A stretch of 64,000 nt of DNA from a virus. The number at the start of each line of letters is the position of its first letter. Position 1 is the stretch's first letter. The DNA is taken from the IMG/VR virus record IMGVR_UViG_3300048694_000674, positions 77,394-141,393 of that record. One strand, given 5' to 3'. Positions 30,492 through 40,428 of this stretch are shown here, piece after piece. The translations under genes and the position numbers were made by a program. The notes under the pieces were generated by a model, which saw nothing but the letters and a program-made list of their open reading frames with translations, had not been told where the DNA came from and searched no databases.

Positions 30492-31046
30492 ATGGCATCG
30501 AAAAAGCATTACGTAAATAATAAAGATCTTTATCTAGCGATGGTGAAATTTAAAGAAGCTGTTGACAAAGCGCAAAAAGAAAACAAGCCACTCCCAATAG
30601 TTCCTGACTATGTTGGTACTTGTTTTATGTTGATATGCAATAAGCTTTCAACCAAACCAAACTTTATGAATTATTCATATAGAGAAGATATGGTTGCTGA
30701 TGGTATAGAGAACTGTGTTGCTGCAGCTCACTCTTTTGATCCATCGAAGTCAAACAATCCATTCGCTTACTTTACGCAAATTGCTTGGAATGCTTTTATT
30801 AGAAGAATCGCCAAGGAAAAGAAACAGTCATATATCAAACATAAAAACTTTGAACACAGCAATTTACTTGACGAATTACTAGAAGAGAGTTATAATACAG
30901 GTAAGTCGACTTATAATGAATATTCAGACGATATTATCAGAAATTTTGAAGATAAATTGGTCAAGAACTCGAAGAAAACAAAGGTAAAACTTGAAAAATT
31001 TATAGAGGAAGACGACAGTGAACAAACTACATCTGGTTCCAGCTAA
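30492..31046 (+). CDS. gp55: Late-transcription sigma factor gp55
   Basis: HYVNNK, PNFMNYSYREDMVADGIENC, NPFAYFTQI..NAFIRRI.KEKKQ. Confidence 0.95.
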   Translation: MASKKHYVNNKDLYLAMVKFKEAVDKAQKENKPLPIVPDYVGTCFMLICNKLSTKPNFMNYSYREDMVADGIENCVAAAHSFDPSKSNNPFAYFTQIAWNAFIRRIAKEKKQSYIKHKNFEHSNLLDELLEESYNTGKSTYNEYSDDIIRNFEDKLVKNSKKTKVKLEKFIEEDDSEQTTSGSS

Positions 31047-31209
31047 TATTATTGATCTTGTTGAAAAGATCAAGGACAAAAATATTAGAGATAGCGAACG
31101 AAACAATTATATTGTTAGACTAGAAACTACTGCTTCATATATTAATGAATCATTGTCTAAGAATAAAATGAATCAACAACAACTTATGAGAAAGAATCAG
31201 AATCGCTAA
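31018..31209 (+). CDS. Hypothetical protein
   Basis: 63-aa ORF coupled to gp55 and gp47. Confidence 0.55.
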   Translation: MNKLHLVPANIIDLVEKIKDKNIRDSERNNYIVRLETTASYINESLSKNKMNQQQLMRKNQNR

Positions 31210-32264
31210 TGAAGATTGCTTTGATTACGGACACTCATTGGGGTGTCAGAAATGATAATGTTGCGTTCTTAGATGACTCGAAGAAATTTCTAGATACAAT
31301 CTTTTTTCCATATCTGGAGAAGAATGGTATTACTACAGTCGTTCATCTTGGTGATCTGGTCGATCGTCGCAAGTATATCAACATTAATACTGCTACTCGT
31401 CTCAGGAAAGATTTTCTTGAGCCATTGAGTAAGTATGATGTTCATATCATTGCTGGAAATCACGATACATATTTCAAAAACACAAATGAGATCAACTCTC
31501 TCAGAGAGCTACTGCCTTCATATCCTTATAAGATATATGACAAGTTCCCACAAGAAGTTGAATTTGATAACTCAGTAATTCTAATGACTCCATGGATCTG
31601 CGATGAAAACAGAAAACTATCTTTTGAAAAAATCAGATCAACTCCATCGCAGATCCTCATGGGACATCTGGAAATCGCTGGGTTTGAAATGTATCGAGGG
31701 TCTATGGTCTCTCATGGCGAAGATCGCACGAGCTTTGACAGATTTGATATGGTACTGTCTGGCCATTATCATCATCGTTCTAGTGATGGCTGCATTTACT
31801 ATCTTGGTAATCATTGTGAGTTTACCTGGAGCGATTATGATGATCCTAAAGGATTTCACATCCTCGATACAGAAACGAGGGACTTGACTTTTATACGAAA
31901 CCCATATAGAATGTTTGATAAGGTTTGGTATGATGATGCACAAGAAAGTTTAGATCCAGCTAATATGGAAATATCGCATCTAAAAGGTAAGATCATCAAA
32001 GTCATTGTACAAAACAAAACCAATCCTTACAAGTTCGATTTGTTCATAAACAGTTTAGAAAAGATTGGTGTTCTGGATATGCAGATTGTTGAAGATCATT
32101 TGAATCTCGCCTTTGAAGATGATACATCTATTGTGAATGAAGCAGAATCTACAATAGACATATTCCGTCATCATATTGAGCAGATCAATATTCAAAATCT
32201 TGACAAGAAAAAACTCGAAGCTACGATCGTCGATCTCTATCAAGAGGCATTGACTATAGAATGA
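31209..32264 (+). CDS. gp47: Recombination nuclease gp47 (Mre11/SbcD-like)
   Basis: ITDTHWG, GDLVDRRK, GNHD, GHLE, SGHYH. Confidence 0.95.
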   Translation: MKIALITDTHWGVRNDNVAFLDDSKKFLDTIFFPYLEKNGITTVVHLGDLVDRRKYININTATRLRKDFLEPLSKYDVHIIAGNHDTYFKNTNEINSLRELLPSYPYKIYDKFPQEVEFDNSVILMTPWICDENRKLSFEKIRSTPSQILMGHLEIAGFEMYRGSMVSHGEDRTSFDRFDMVLSGHYHHRSSDGCIYYLGNHCEFTWSDYDDPKGFHILDTETRDLTFIRNPYRMFDKVWYDDAQESLDPANMEISHLKGKIIKVIVQNKTNPYKFDLFINSLEKIGVLDMQIVEDHLNLAFEDDTSIVNEAESTIDIFRHHIEQINIQNLDKKKLEATIVDLYQEALTIE

Positions 32265-33967
32265 TTTTATTTAAAACATTGCGTTGGAAGAACTTCCTTT
32301 CAACTGGTAATATATTCACAGAAATTTCTCTCAATAAATCATCATCGACATTGATTGTTGGTGAGAATGGTGCAGGCAAATCAACCATTCTCGACGCATT
32401 GACATTCTCATTGTTCGGTAAACCATTCAGAAAGATCAACAAACCACAGCTACTTAACAGCATAACTCAGAAGGGTCTTGTTGTTGAGATTGAGTTTGAT
32501 ATTGGATCGAACAAATATAAGATAATTCGTGGGCTGCGACCAAATATCTTTGAAGTGTATATGAATGATAATCTGCTTAACCAAACAGCAGAGATGAAAG
32601 ATTATCAGGAAATACTTGAGCGTCAGATACTCAAGTTGAATTATAAGTCATTCTGTCAGGTTGTTGTTCTTGGATCAGCTTCCTTTGTTCCATTCATGCA
32701 GTTAGCTGGTGGTCAGCGTAGAGAGATTATTGAGGATCTGCTTGATCTACAAATCTTTACGATTATGAATAGTTTGCTGAAAGATAAGATATCTGTCAAC
32801 AATGAAAACTTGGCAGAAATATCTTCAGATCAAAAAGTTGTTACTGAAAAGTTGAAGATCATTCAGCAACATCTGCTCGAGAAACAAAACAGTAATGATA
32901 AGATCATTAGAGAGAAACAAGATCTTCTGATCGAAACAATAGTAAAGATTGAGGATCTGCAGAACAAATACTTCAAAATAAAAGTTTCTATTGAGAATGA
33001 GAAGGAAAAGGTAGCTGACTCTGAATCAATAACAAGTAAGATAACAAAACTTGAACAGCTGAAGCATAAGATTGAAGCAAAGAAAGCTCTGATCTGTAAT
33101 GACATTGAGTTTTTCAAGAAGCATGAAAATTGTCCAACATGCACTCAATCTATCAGTGCTGAGTTTCGCGAAACAACTATTGAGTCTAAGAATCGCGAAA
33201 TAGAAACGATTGATGTTGGCTTGGTTGATCTTGCCAAGAAATATGATGAAACGAGCGCTCGTCTTAGTGAAATTATGAGCACAAATACTTTAATCAATGA
33301 TATGCAGATTGAAGGTGTTAGAATGAGTTCTAACATTGATAGTTTGATTCGATATAAAGATCATCTTAATAAAGAAATCAACACAATCAACAAAGATCTT
33401 GAGGATGATGAGGAGAGTAAGATGACTGCTCTTCAACAGGAACTAGAAGATATTGCGACGAGATATAATGATGCAATGGATGAAAAGCAACTATTAACTG
33501 CTGCGTCTTATCTTCTGAAAGATGGTGGTATCAAAGCCAAGATTATCAAACAGTATGTTCCTGTTATCAATAAGCTTATCAATAAGTATCTTAGCGCTAT
33601 GGACTTTTTCGTTCAGTTCGAACTTGATGAAGAGTTCAATGAAACTATCAAGTCAAGATTCCGTGATGAGTTCAGTTACAGCTCTTTCTCAGAAGGCGAG
33701 AAGATGCGTATCAATCTTGCTATTCTTTTCACTTGGCGTGCTGTCGCTAAACTGCGTAATTCTGTCAGTACAAATCTACTCATTATGGATGAAGTTATGG
33801 ATTCATCGATGGACTCAAATGGAACAGATGAGTTTCTGAAGATATTAAACAACTTGACTTCTGACACAAATACGTTTATAATATCTCATAAAGGTGATCA
33901 GCTATATGATAAGTTTCCAAACATCATTAGATTTGAAAAGAAACAAAACTTCAGCAAGGTAATATAA
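32261..33967 (+). CDS. gp46: Recombination ATPase gp46 (Rad50/SbcC-like)
   Basis: GENGAGKST, CPTC zinc hook, SFSEGEK, MDEV. Confidence 0.96.
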   Translation: MILFKTLRWKNFLSTGNIFTEISLNKSSSTLIVGENGAGKSTILDALTFSLFGKPFRKINKPQLLNSITQKGLVVEIEFDIGSNKYKIIRGLRPNIFEVYMNDNLLNQTAEMKDYQEILERQILKLNYKSFCQVVVLGSASFVPFMQLAGGQRREIIEDLLDLQIFTIMNSLLKDKISVNNENLAEISSDQKVVTEKLKIIQQHLLEKQNSNDKIIREKQDLLIETIVKIEDLQNKYFKIKVSIENEKEKVADSESITSKITKLEQLKHKIEAKKALICNDIEFFKKHENCPTCTQSISAEFRETTIESKNREIETIDVGLVDLAKKYDETSARLSEIMSTNTLINDMQIEGVRMSSNIDSLIRYKDHLNKEINTINKDLEDDEESKMTALQQELEDIATRYNDAMDEKQLLTAASYLLKDGGIKAKIIKQYVPVINKLINKYLSAMDFFVQFELDEEFNETIKSRFRDEFSYSSFSEGEKMRINLAILFTWRAVAKLRNSVSTNLLIMDEVMDSSMDSNGTDEFLKILNNLTSDTNTFIISHKGDQLYDKFPNIIRFEKKQNFSKVI

Positions 33968-34512
33968 TGAATCTGGTAGAGAGCAATGATCCAATCCTTA
34001 CGACCGAATGTGAACCATTCGACTTTCGCAATCCACAATTTGATCCTGTAGATTTTGCGCATCAAATTGTTAAATTTATGTATGATAACAATGGTATTGG
34101 TATTTCTGCCAATCAGGTTGGAATACGTAGCCGTGTTTTTGCTATGCGTTCTTCTCCCCAAAATTTTGTATGTTTCAATCCAAAGGTTGTCCAGCCTAGT
34201 GAACAGATGGTTGTTCTAGAAGAATCATCATTGACGCATCCTGGACTTATTGTTAAAGTAAAACGACCGCAGCATGTTCGAGTCAGATTCACTACACCAA
34301 ATGGAGAAACTAAGACAGAAACATTTACTGGAATGACTGCCAGAGTATTTCAACAAATGGTAGATAATTTAGATGGAGTCCTTTACTTTAATCGTGCTTC
34401 GAGGTATCATAGAGATATAGCGTTGGAAAAGTGGAGGAAAGGTAATCACTCTACGATTCAAGTTAAACCTAAAGATGGATTGAATAAATATGAATATCTT
34501 CTACATCGATAA
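33967..34512 (+). CDS. Peptide deformylase homologue with degenerate catalytic motifs
   Basis: GIGISANQVG, FNP, KVKRP..V.V retained; EGCLS reads EESSLT and QHEXDHL reads QQMVDNL. Confidence 0.8.
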   Translation: MNLVESNDPILTTECEPFDFRNPQFDPVDFAHQIVKFMYDNNGIGISANQVGIRSRVFAMRSSPQNFVCFNPKVVQPSEQMVVLEESSLTHPGLIVKVKRPQHVRVRFTTPNGETKTETFTGMTARVFQQMVDNLDGVLYFNRASRYHRDIALEKWRKGNHSTIQVKPKDGLNKYEYLLHR

Positions 34513-35029
34513 AGATCCTGTACAGGCTGCGCAGTGGATGGTTGACAAACATGTTGTCAAGATGATCCTCGAATCAGCACAACTTCTTTCTACTGCACAT
34601 CGTTTACTTGATGGTCGCGAGGTCGAAGGTAAAACTAAGACTGGTCGCAAAGCTCGTCGCTGGGTTCTTGATGATTCTCGCGATCCTGTTATCTATCAGG
34701 CTACGCATATCAATCATCCTTCTGCTGTTTGGTGTCGTCAGTCTGTTGAAAACTATATCTGGTTAGCAGATCATTTACATGCGCTTATGCAGGAGTATAC
34801 ATATCGTTATGGTAAGAAGCATGCAGTTGATGGTAATCTATCATACATGCTTATGTCGCCACCAAAAAACTTACAAGAATATGATATGACTACTATGCCA
34901 TCAGCTATGGATGAACAATACAAAATCAGTGACGATCCAATCGTCAACTATCGCAACTACTATAAAGTCGGTAAAGCCAGAATGCATAACTGGAAAAACC
35001 GCCAACCACCAGAATGGATTACACAATGA
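34490..35029 (+). CDS. Pyrimidine-dimer DNA glycosylase/DenV-family-like protein
   Basis: MNIFY.D.DP..AAQ...DKHVVKMILESAQLLSTAH, THINHPSAVW. Confidence 0.75.
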   Translation: MNIFYIDKDPVQAAQWMVDKHVVKMILESAQLLSTAHRLLDGREVEGKTKTGRKARRWVLDDSRDPVIYQATHINHPSAVWCRQSVENYIWLADHLHALMQEYTYRYGKKHAVDGNLSYMLMSPPKNLQEYDMTTMPSAMDEQYKISDDPIVNYRNYYKVGKARMHNWKNRQPPEWITQ

Positions 35030-35442
35030 GTTTTTATACAGACGTAAAAGATTTTCATATTGCTTTCGGTCAGCGAGTAGGCGAGAAGCCAGAACTTCCA
35101 GTTGATTCAAATGAACGTAAGCTTCGTATAAGACTTCTAAAAGAAGAATTTGAAGAATATATGGCAGCAGAAATTGATGAAGATATTGTCGAGGTTGCTG
35201 ATGCTCTTGCTGATCTTATCTACATTGCCTGTGGTACTGCTGTATCTTATGGCATCCCACTTGACAAAGTGTTTGAAGAAGTACATCGTTCAAACATGGC
35301 CAAACTTGTGGATGGTAAGCCACTATATCGTGAAGATGGAAAGGTAATGAAGCCAGAAGGATGGACTGCTCCAGATATTGAAGGCGTATTAAAAAAGTCA
35401 CAGGAAGAAATTATTATTCGTAATGCTCAAATTACACTATGA
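35026..35442 (+). CDS. MazG-like/PRA-PH nucleotide pyrophosphohydrolase
   Basis: L.EEF.E, EVADALADLIY, EVHRSNMAK, REDGKVMKPEGW. Confidence 0.85.
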   Translation: MSFYTDVKDFHIAFGQRVGEKPELPVDSNERKLRIRLLKEEFEEYMAAEIDEDIVEVADALADLIYIACGTAVSYGIPLDKVFEEVHRSNMAKLVDGKPLYREDGKVMKPEGWTAPDIEGVLKKSQEEIIIRNAQITL

Positions 35443-35485
35443 TGTTCGTATATATACGATATACGAACTTTGAAAGGAGGCTACA

Positions 35486-36790
35486 TTGGTCAATCAACTT
35501 ATCATAAAGAAACTTGATGCTGAAGAAACACTTGGTACATTCATCACCTGTAAAGATTATGCCAATCTGATCATTACTGAAGATTGTGATCTTTATGCAG
35601 AGGATCCTATGGATCCAACTAAAGCAGATGAAGAGAATGTTATCTTCAGATATCGCAAGGGCGTATTTTCTCATGAAGAACGTCGTCGTTGTTATCATGG
35701 TCTAAGAGCAGCTGCTACTGAATCTCAAAATCGTGGTATGGCTGCTGGTCCTCGTGGCGATCAGCTTGGACAGGAAGGACGTGGTAATCGCGATTGGGTT
35801 ACTGCTGAACAACTTGACATTCTTTCATTTCTTGCTCGTCCTCTCAATACAATTGATGATGGTGTCGCGCTTGAAGATATTCGCGCAAGTCATCAACAGT
35901 TCAAAGAAAAAGATGAGACACGTGGACAGGTTTGGCTTCGTTCAGAAGTAACGAAGAAGTATCCAGAATACCATGGTTGGTTTGAAAAGTGGGTATCTGG
36001 TATTCATAATATGTCTCGCGAAGAGCAGAAAGAAGAAGCACAGTTTATCATTGATAACTATATCTCAGACACCAACTACGCGCAGTCAGTAATGTCTGGT
36101 ATCGCTGGTTTCTATGATCGTTATCCTCGCATTCCTTATGGTCGTGCTACTTCTTATACTGAAAAACATCCAGAAGATTTTGCTGAATCCTTTCCGTTTC
36201 TCAACAAGTTGAATGATCAGTTTAGAAAACTATTGCCTGTTCGTTGGGCTAATCAACGTGCTTGTGCTGATAAACTTGATCCAAAATTTTTGATTGATGG
36301 AACAGTATTTACTACGCTAACAGTCAATCATAACTGGCGTACAGCATGTCATCGAGATGCTGGCGATCTTCATGAAGGATTCTCTAACATCTGCGCTCTA
36401 GGTAAGGGTTGGCAGGGAGCTGAATTTATTCTTCCTGAGTTTCGTATTGCTGTGAAACTTGAATCAGGCGATATGTTGCTTGTCAATAATCATGGCGGTA
36501 TCCATGGCAATGATGCGCTTGTTGGTGATGATAATGATCGTATGACAATCGTTGCTTACTTCCGCGAAAAGATGATGGATCTTAAGTCCTGGGATTATGA
36601 ACAGCTGCGTAAGAAGTATATTGACGAACGTCGCATGAACAAGGAACACAAACACTGGCGCCATCTTTGGAATGGTGTTAGCCCAGATATGTGGCATGAA
36701 CAGGAATGGTATGATTATATGGCTGCGCATAATATGGAAGATCCATATAAAGAAACAAAAGCAGCAAGTCTAGAGGATTTCTTCGTATGA
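35486..36790 (+). CDS. TET/JBP-family 5-methylpyrimidine dioxygenase
   Basis: FTTLTVNHNWRTACHRDAGD (HxD), GDMLL..NH..IHGN (distal His), RMTIVAYFRE; AAGGAGG RBS before TTG. Confidence 0.85.
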   Translation: MVNQLIIKKLDAEETLGTFITCKDYANLIITEDCDLYAEDPMDPTKADEENVIFRYRKGVFSHEERRRCYHGLRAAATESQNRGMAAGPRGDQLGQEGRGNRDWVTAEQLDILSFLARPLNTIDDGVALEDIRASHQQFKEKDETRGQVWLRSEVTKKYPEYHGWFEKWVSGIHNMSREEQKEEAQFIIDNYISDTNYAQSVMSGIAGFYDRYPRIPYGRATSYTEKHPEDFAESFPFLNKLNDQFRKLLPVRWANQRACADKLDPKFLIDGTVFTTLTVNHNWRTACHRDAGDLHEGFSNICALGKGWQGAEFILPEFRIAVKLESGDMLLVNNHGGIHGNDALVGDDNDRMTIVAYFREKMMDLKSWDYEQLRKKYIDERRMNKEHKHWRHLWNGVSPDMWHEQEWYDYMAAHNMEDPYKETKAASLEDFFV

Positions 36791-37770
36791 GTTTACATGC
36801 TTTTCTTGATGAAGAACGTGAGCTACAATGGTTCTACGATAACAATAAACTTAACCAAGGACCGACTATCGGTTATCGTAGAGTATCTGGTAAGATTGGT
36901 TTAACTAAGAATGAAGCTGGTATTCGTGGCGCATGGGTAGATAAGAGAGTTGCTCTTTTCAAAACTCTTGGTTATGATAAGTATCGCATCAAACTTCTTT
37001 CTGAAGTAACAGAAGAAACTAAAGGAGATGGTGTTACTGTTGAAGATGATAACACTGTTTGTGATATTCTCTACCTCGAGTTTGGTGGAACCAATCTACA
37101 GTTTTATGGTAAGAACTGGGACAAGACGATTGAAATTGTCAAACTTCACAGAGGTAAGAAAAAGGTTTTCGTTTGTGATGATCCAGATCTAACATTCCTC
37201 TGGGAACTTCTACCCGACGAAGATTGGTCGTTATGGTCAATCGCTGCGAATGCGGTAAACACAGATGAGGTGTTGAAAGTATTAAAAGCGCCAGAAGGTG
37301 TTACCTGCTTTCATCTACCGATGGATAAAGGTATGACTGCTGAAATGTTCAGCGATGGAACTATTCAGAAGATTGTTTACATTGGTCGCAATCAGGGACG
37401 TTCTTCTTATTTCAAAACTTTCGGTAGTTCGCCTTATCTTCAGATAGCTGGTAAGACGAGTGAATGGGAAGATTATCCAAACCTTACTCTTGTTGATATT
37501 CCACAACAGAAAGATCGTCGTTCGTTTTATCGCAAGTACTATGGTTGTTTGGCTGTATATGATAAAAAGCACGCAGTAACTGGATGGCATACTGGTCGCG
37601 CATATCATGCTCTTTATGCTGGTGTACCTGTACTTGCTCCTCCTGGAAATGATGGACTTGATTGGACATATCCAATAAACAATGCCAGCGACATTGAAAC
37701 TTTTGTCAATATGCCAGTTGAAGAAAGACAAAATATTTGGCACAAACAACTTGACAAAATTCTAAAATGA
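36787..37770 (+). CDS. GT-B glycosyltransferase resembling T4 beta-glucosyltransferase
   Basis: Segments collinear with recalled T4 BGT motifs: NLQFYG~INFFGG, VCDDPDLTF~FTDIRLPF, IVYIGR~VIYGGS, LAVYDK...HTGRAY~LIIGDK...ITLRVW; overlaps TET stop. Confidence 0.65.
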   Translation: MSLHAFLDEERELQWFYDNNKLNQGPTIGYRRVSGKIGLTKNEAGIRGAWVDKRVALFKTLGYDKYRIKLLSEVTEETKGDGVTVEDDNTVCDILYLEFGGTNLQFYGKNWDKTIEIVKLHRGKKKVFVCDDPDLTFLWELLPDEDWSLWSIAANAVNTDEVLKVLKAPEGVTCFHLPMDKGMTAEMFSDGTIQKIVYIGRNQGRSSYFKTFGSSPYLQIAGKTSEWEDYPNLTLVDIPQQKDRRSFYRKYYGCLAVYDKKHAVTGWHTGRAYHALYAGVPVLAPPGNDGLDWTYPINNASDIETFVNMPVEERQNIWHKQLDKILK

Positions 37771-38210
37771 TAGTATCATATGATATTGATGGTGTTCTCG
37801 CCGAAGGACCACCTCCTTCTGCAAAGAAGTGGGGAAAAATGAATGGAGCTGAGAGATCAGAACGTAAGCGATTCCTTGTAGATTGGTACAGGAATGCTGT
37901 TCCTCTTTTAGTTCCAGAAGAACCCTACTTCTTTGCAATTTCGGCAAGAAAATTTGAACCAGATGTTTATTCTGCTACTCAAATATGGTTGGATACATAT
38001 TATCCAAAGAGAGTAGTAGAAACTTTTCTATTGAGTGGATCGCGTTCAGTTATAAATGCTGCGACCTTCAAAGCAGATATTATTTCTAGAAATAACGTCC
38101 AGAGACATTATGAGGATAACAAAAAAGTTTTGAAGATTATGAAGAATATCAATCCAGAAGTTGAATATTATTTTTGGGAAAAAGGAATGGTGACTCCAGA
38201 AAGGTTTTGA
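37767..38210 (+). CDS. HAD-superfamily phosphatase
   Basis: YDIDGVL motif I, ISAR motif II, K, YEDN motif IV. Confidence 0.8.
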   Translation: MIVSYDIDGVLAEGPPPSAKKWGKMNGAERSERKRFLVDWYRNAVPLLVPEEPYFFAISARKFEPDVYSATQIWLDTYYPKRVVETFLLSGSRSVINAATFKADIISRNNVQRHYEDNKKVLKIMKNINPEVEYYFWEKGMVTPERF

Positions 38211-38494
38211 TGATGAAAAAAATTCCTTATAAATATGCTGAGGACAAAATAATTGCTGACTTCCATGCCTATATAGATAAGACATACGGTCAGCACTATC
38301 AGACAGAAAACAATGTTCAATGCTTCGATGCTTGGATTGCTCTGGATGATGCTACTCCTACTTTCCGTAATACTGCCATCAAATATCTCTGGCGATATGG
38401 TAAGAAGAATGGCAATAACAAAGATGACTTGATGAAGGTCTTGCATTACACAATTATGTGTTTGTATAATGATCATTATAAGGATGGTAAATAA
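38210..38494 (+). CDS. DUF3310-like (nucleotide kinase/SaV-like) protein
   Basis: YIDKTYGQHY, AIKYLWRYGKK, DL.K.LHY. Confidence 0.7.
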   Translation: MMKKIPYKYAEDKIIADFHAYIDKTYGQHYQTENNVQCFDAWIALDDATPTFRNTAIKYLWRYGKKNGNNKDDLMKVLHYTIMCLYNDHYKDGK

Positions 38495-39342
38495 TGGAAA
38501 TTAAAATTGATATCGAAAAGCTAAAAGAGCGTGGATTATTTGTAGCCACACCAATGTATGGTGGTATGTGTGCGGGTATGTTTTCTAAGTCATGCGCCGA
38601 TCTCTCTGCTATCTGTACACAGTACGGAATTCCTCTACAGTTCTACTTTCTGTTTAATGAGTCGCTAATTACTCGTGCAAGAAATTATTGCTGCGATGAG
38701 TTTATGCGTTCAAACTCACAACATCTGATGTTCATTGACTCTGATATTGGTTTTAATCCACAGGATGTTATTGCTATGATGGCTCTACAAGCACAAGAGC
38801 CAGAGAAATATAATATCATCGGCGGTCCTTACCCTAAGAAGTGTATCTCATGGGAAAAGATCAAGGCAGCTGTTGATAAAGGTATTGCTGACGATGATGC
38901 AAATATTCTTGAAAGATTTGTCGGCGATTATGTTTTCAATCCAAAAGGCGGTCAACAATCAATTCCGATCTCAGAGCCAGTCGAGGTTCTTGAAATTGGT
39001 ACTGGTTTCATGATGATTGAAAAAGCTTCTATGAAGAAGTTTGTTGATACATATCCTCAATATATGTACAAGCCTGATCATGTTCGTACAGAGCACTTTG
39101 ATGGTTCGCGCGAAATTATGATGTTTTTCCAAGCAGAAGTTGATCCAGTATCGAAGCGTTATCTGTCAGAAGATTATTGGTTCTGTCAGAAAGCTCAACA
39201 GGCTGACATTCGTACATGGTTCTGTCCTTGGATGAAGCTACAACATGTTGGTAGCTATATCTTTGGTGGGTCATTAGCCGACCTAGCATCTATCGGTGCG
39301 TCTGCAACAGCAGATCCAGGGCAATTGAAGAAGCGTAAGTAA
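38494..39342 (+). CDS. GT-A fold glycosyltransferase-like protein
   Basis: VATPMYGG, NESLITRARN, FIDSDI, IGTGFMMI, YLSEDYWFC. Confidence 0.75.
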   Translation: MEIKIDIEKLKERGLFVATPMYGGMCAGMFSKSCADLSAICTQYGIPLQFYFLFNESLITRARNYCCDEFMRSNSQHLMFIDSDIGFNPQDVIAMMALQAQEPEKYNIIGGPYPKKCISWEKIKAAVDKGIADDDANILERFVGDYVFNPKGGQQSIPISEPVEVLEIGTGFMMIEKASMKKFVDTYPQYMYKPDHVRTEHFDGSREIMMFFQAEVDPVSKRYLSEDYWFCQKAQQADIRTWFCPWMKLQHVGSYIFGGSLADLASIGASATADPGQLKKRK

Positions 39343-39362
39343 TCTAAAATTGGGAGTATATT

Positions 39363-40025
39363 ATGAAACTTGATGCAAAAACTGTGGGTGTTTTGAAGAA
39401 CTATTCAACAATCAATCCTTCTCTCCTGTTCCGAGAAGGTAATGTCCTTTCAACTATCTCACCATCTAAAACAATTATCGCAAAGGCGACTGTACCAAAT
39501 ACATTCAATCGTCGTTGCGCTATCTATGAATTGACAAAGTTGCTTGGTGGTATTTCTCTTTCAGATGATCCAGAAGTTTCTTTTAATGAGACTTCTGTTA
39601 CTATCAAGGATGAGAAGACTCAGGCTGCTAGTAGCATTACCTATGCTTCAGAAGCAACTATCAAGGTGCCACCAGAAAAGAATCTTGTATTGCCTTCTGT
39701 TGATGTTTCAGTTGATATTACTGATAATGATTTGAAGTCAATCATTCGTGCTGCTGGAATTTATGGTTTGCCAGCTGTTGCTCTTGTTGGTGATGGTTCT
39801 AAGGTTTCATTTGTTGCAATGAATCCAAAAGATCCTAACAGCAATACCTATAGCATTCCGATTGGTAACACAGAAAAGACATTCAAAGTCGTGTTCAATG
39901 TGGATAATCTTCTCAAGTTGATGAGTGGCAATTATCATCTTGATGTTTCATCTAAGTTACTCGCCCACTTTGTTGGGGCTGATATTGAATACTGGGTTGC
40001 AGTAGAAACTAGCTCAACTTTTTAA
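39363..40025 (+). CDS. gp45: Sliding clamp gp45
   Basis: LKNYSTINPSL...GN.L.T, AIYEL, YWVAVE. Confidence 0.92.
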   Translation: MKLDAKTVGVLKNYSTINPSLLFREGNVLSTISPSKTIIAKATVPNTFNRRCAIYELTKLLGGISLSDDPEVSFNETSVTIKDEKTQAASSITYASEATIKVPPEKNLVLPSVDVSVDITDNDLKSIIRAAGIYGLPAVALVGDGSKVSFVAMNPKDPNSNTYSIPIGNTEKTFKVVFNVDNLLKLMSGNYHLDVSSKLLAHFVGADIEYWVAVETSSTF

Positions 40026-40091
40026 GTTGACATTTGAGTGGGGAGAGGTTATAATATACTTCTCCCCAATTTTATATTATGGAGTTATATC

Positions 40092-40427
40092 ATGGAACTG
40101 TTGAAGAGAGAAGATGTAGTTGGTATAGTTTCCAGACACATGGCTACACCATACGCAAATAGTGTATTTGGAACGATGGCGCCTAAATTGAAATGGTGCG
40201 ATCATCATAAAAAACTAGAACCCATTAACAACTTTTATGTAAAGAAAGAACGTCAGCATATTGCCAAAGAAAATTTGACAGTAGATGACTTCAGACATGT
40301 TTGTATTGAGATTTGGGATGAGATGAATGAAAATCTCCGTAACGGATTTGGTTGGGCGACTGATCAAGAAGTTATTGACCAAAACAATGCAAGCAATCTT
40401 ACAAAATTTTTAGTTGATGGAGATTAA
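40092..40427 (+). CDS. Hypothetical protein
   Basis: GGAG RBS, own sigma70-like promoter. Confidence 0.55.
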   Translation: MELLKREDVVGIVSRHMATPYANSVFGTMAPKLKWCDHHKKLEPINNFYVKKERQHIAKENLTVDDFRHVCIEIWDEMNENLRNGFGWATDQEVIDQNNASNLTKFLVDGD

Positions 40428-40428
40428 G

